Both the position numbers and the translations under genes were made by a program. From a virus (lineage: Duplodnaviria > Caudoviricetes), in the IMG/VR virus record IMGVR_UViG_3300037634_006911, positions 1-24,351 of that record: 24,351 nucleotides of DNA; one strand, 5' to 3'. Numbering within the stretch: the first letter of the stretch is position 1; every line of letters starts with the position of its first letter. Shown piece by piece: positions 23,213-24,351 of this stretch. Under the pieces are notes generated by a model. The model was not told the DNA's origin. It searched no databases and saw only the letters and a program-made list of their open reading frames with translations.

Positions 23213-24351
23213 ATGACAGATCAGACAATCTGCAAGAAATTTCAGGATGGCACGCAGCTACAGACGCAAATACTTAAAGGTATCAATGACTTAGCGGATA
23301 TAGTAGGATCGACTTTGGGTCCGAAAGGACGCAATGTGCTCTTACACAAGAAGAATGCGAACCCTGTTATCACAAAGGATGGAGTGACGGTAGCTAAATT
23401 TGTGGATTTTGAAAATCCTTTTGAAAATGCAGGAGCCCAACTGATCAAACAGGTGGCATCTCAGACGAATGCCGTCGCTGGAGACGGTACAACGACGTCG
23501 ACCATACTTACGAGAGCATTGGTCAACGCCGCACACAAATACGTTACTTCCGGCGCTAATCCGTCTGACATCAAGCGAGGCATGGATAAAGCCACAGAAG
23601 CAGTTGTAAAAAATCTAAGGGATATCTCCAGGCGGATACAATCACAAGAAGATATCGAGCATGTAGCCACAATATCAGCCAACAACGACAGCACGATTGG
23701 CAAACTTATTTCGACAGCAGTTGAGCAAGCTGGTCATGACGGGTCAATAACCATTGAAGATGGCCGTTCTTTCGAAACAACGCTAGATGTTGTGGAAGGG
23801 TTTCATTTTGATTCTGGCTACTTTGCCGGTGCCTTTGTCACCAACAAAAGAAGGGGGGCAGTTGAGTATGATGAGCCTTATGTACTGGTAACTGATTATA
23901 AAATTAGTAGCGTAGAGGATATCCTTCCGGCATTAGAACTTGTATCCAGAGAGGGGAAACCTCTCTTGATCATCGCAGAAGAGGTTGAGGGGCAAGCCCT
24001 CGCCGCCCTAATTATGAATACGGTACGTGGGACAATGAAGGTTGCGGCGGTTAAAGCTCCACGCTACGGACAGGAACGTAGGGATATACTCAAAGACTTG
24101 TGTCTATCTGTTGGCGCAACTTTTATTAGTCGCGAATCAGGTAAGAAACTATCCGAGGCTAAGCTAGCTGATTTTGGTAATTGTAAAAAGATTGAAGCTC
24201 TTAAGAATAGTACAACCCTAGTAGGTGGAACAGCAGATTGGGATAAAGTAGATGAGAAGATAGTTTCCCTCAAAGAGCTTATCAAGGTTACTGACAGTCT
24301 TCAAGAGTGTGAGAGGTTACAAGAGCGCATAACACGCCTAGCTAGTGGGGT
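23213..24351 (+). CDS. groL: chaperonin GroEL (partial, runs off the window end; absent from the supplied ORF track)
   Basis: Manual translation from ATG 23213 (AGAGG RBS) gives STLGPKGRNV, ITKDGVTVAK, AGDGTTTST, ATISANND, VEGFHFDSGY, AVKAPRYG and LQERITRLASG. Confidence 0.95.
   Translation, partial: MTDQTICKKFQDGTQLQTQILKGINDLADIVGSTLGPKGRNVLLHKKNANPVITKDGVTVAKFVDFENPFENAGAQLIKQVASQTNAVAGDGTTTSTILTRALVNAAHKYVTSGANPSDIKRGMDKATEAVVKNLRDISRRIQSQEDIEHVATISANNDSTIGKLISTAVEQAGHDGSITIEDGRSFETTLDVVEGFHFDSGYFAGAFVTNKRRGAVEYDEPYVLVTDYKISSVEDILPALELVSREGKPLLIIAEEVEGQALAALIMNTVRGTMKVAAVKAPRYGQERRDILKDLCLSVGATFISRESGKKLSEAKLADFGNCKKIEALKNSTTLVGGTADWDKVDEKIVSLKELIKVTDSLQECERLQERITRLASG

Noticed and set aside
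23242-24285. Short minus-strand ORFs in the last 1.1 kb, and other short nested ORFs across the window
   Set aside because: They overlap well-supported plus-strand genes (here groEL) and carry no recognisable motifs.
1-24351. Alternative genetic code, or tRNA/rRNA genes
   Set aside because: Standard-code ORFs tile the window with full-length proteins ending in TAA, TAG and TGA; intergenic gaps are short and show no cloverleaf signatures.

Overview
The window is a gene-dense segment (all credible genes on the + strand, many overlapping stop/start junctions) of what is most likely a large dsDNA tailed phage genome; the host cannot be assigned. It encodes, in order: a DUF262 (ParB/GmrS-like) protein, a Dam-family methyltransferase and a putative PD-(D/E)XK-like nuclease in one coupled cassette; RecA/UvsX; a 5'-3' exonuclease; a DnaB-like helicase; a class II ribonucleotide reductase; a DsbA/GapR-like protein; GroES; two degenerate enzyme-fold proteins (FAD-binding-like and nucleotidyltransferase-like); cysteine synthase; DnaE; a nucleotide/nuclease block (dUTPase, DUF3310, Smr, YkuK-like RNase H, IMPDH/GMPR); an RHH-like plus stand-alone sigma region 4 pair; an acidic repeat protein; ClpP; an amidase; a second nuclease-like protein; and a 3'-truncated GroEL missing from the ORF track. 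Two promoter classes are suggested: sigma70-type TTGACA/TATAAT and a recurring intergenic ACTATTTA. The best leads are a possible virion-packaged restriction-like nuclease with its methylase, a predicted H-type pseudoknot in the recA leader, the pseudo-enzyme pair, and several active-site substitutions. All family calls come from motif recognition by eye; no searches were run.
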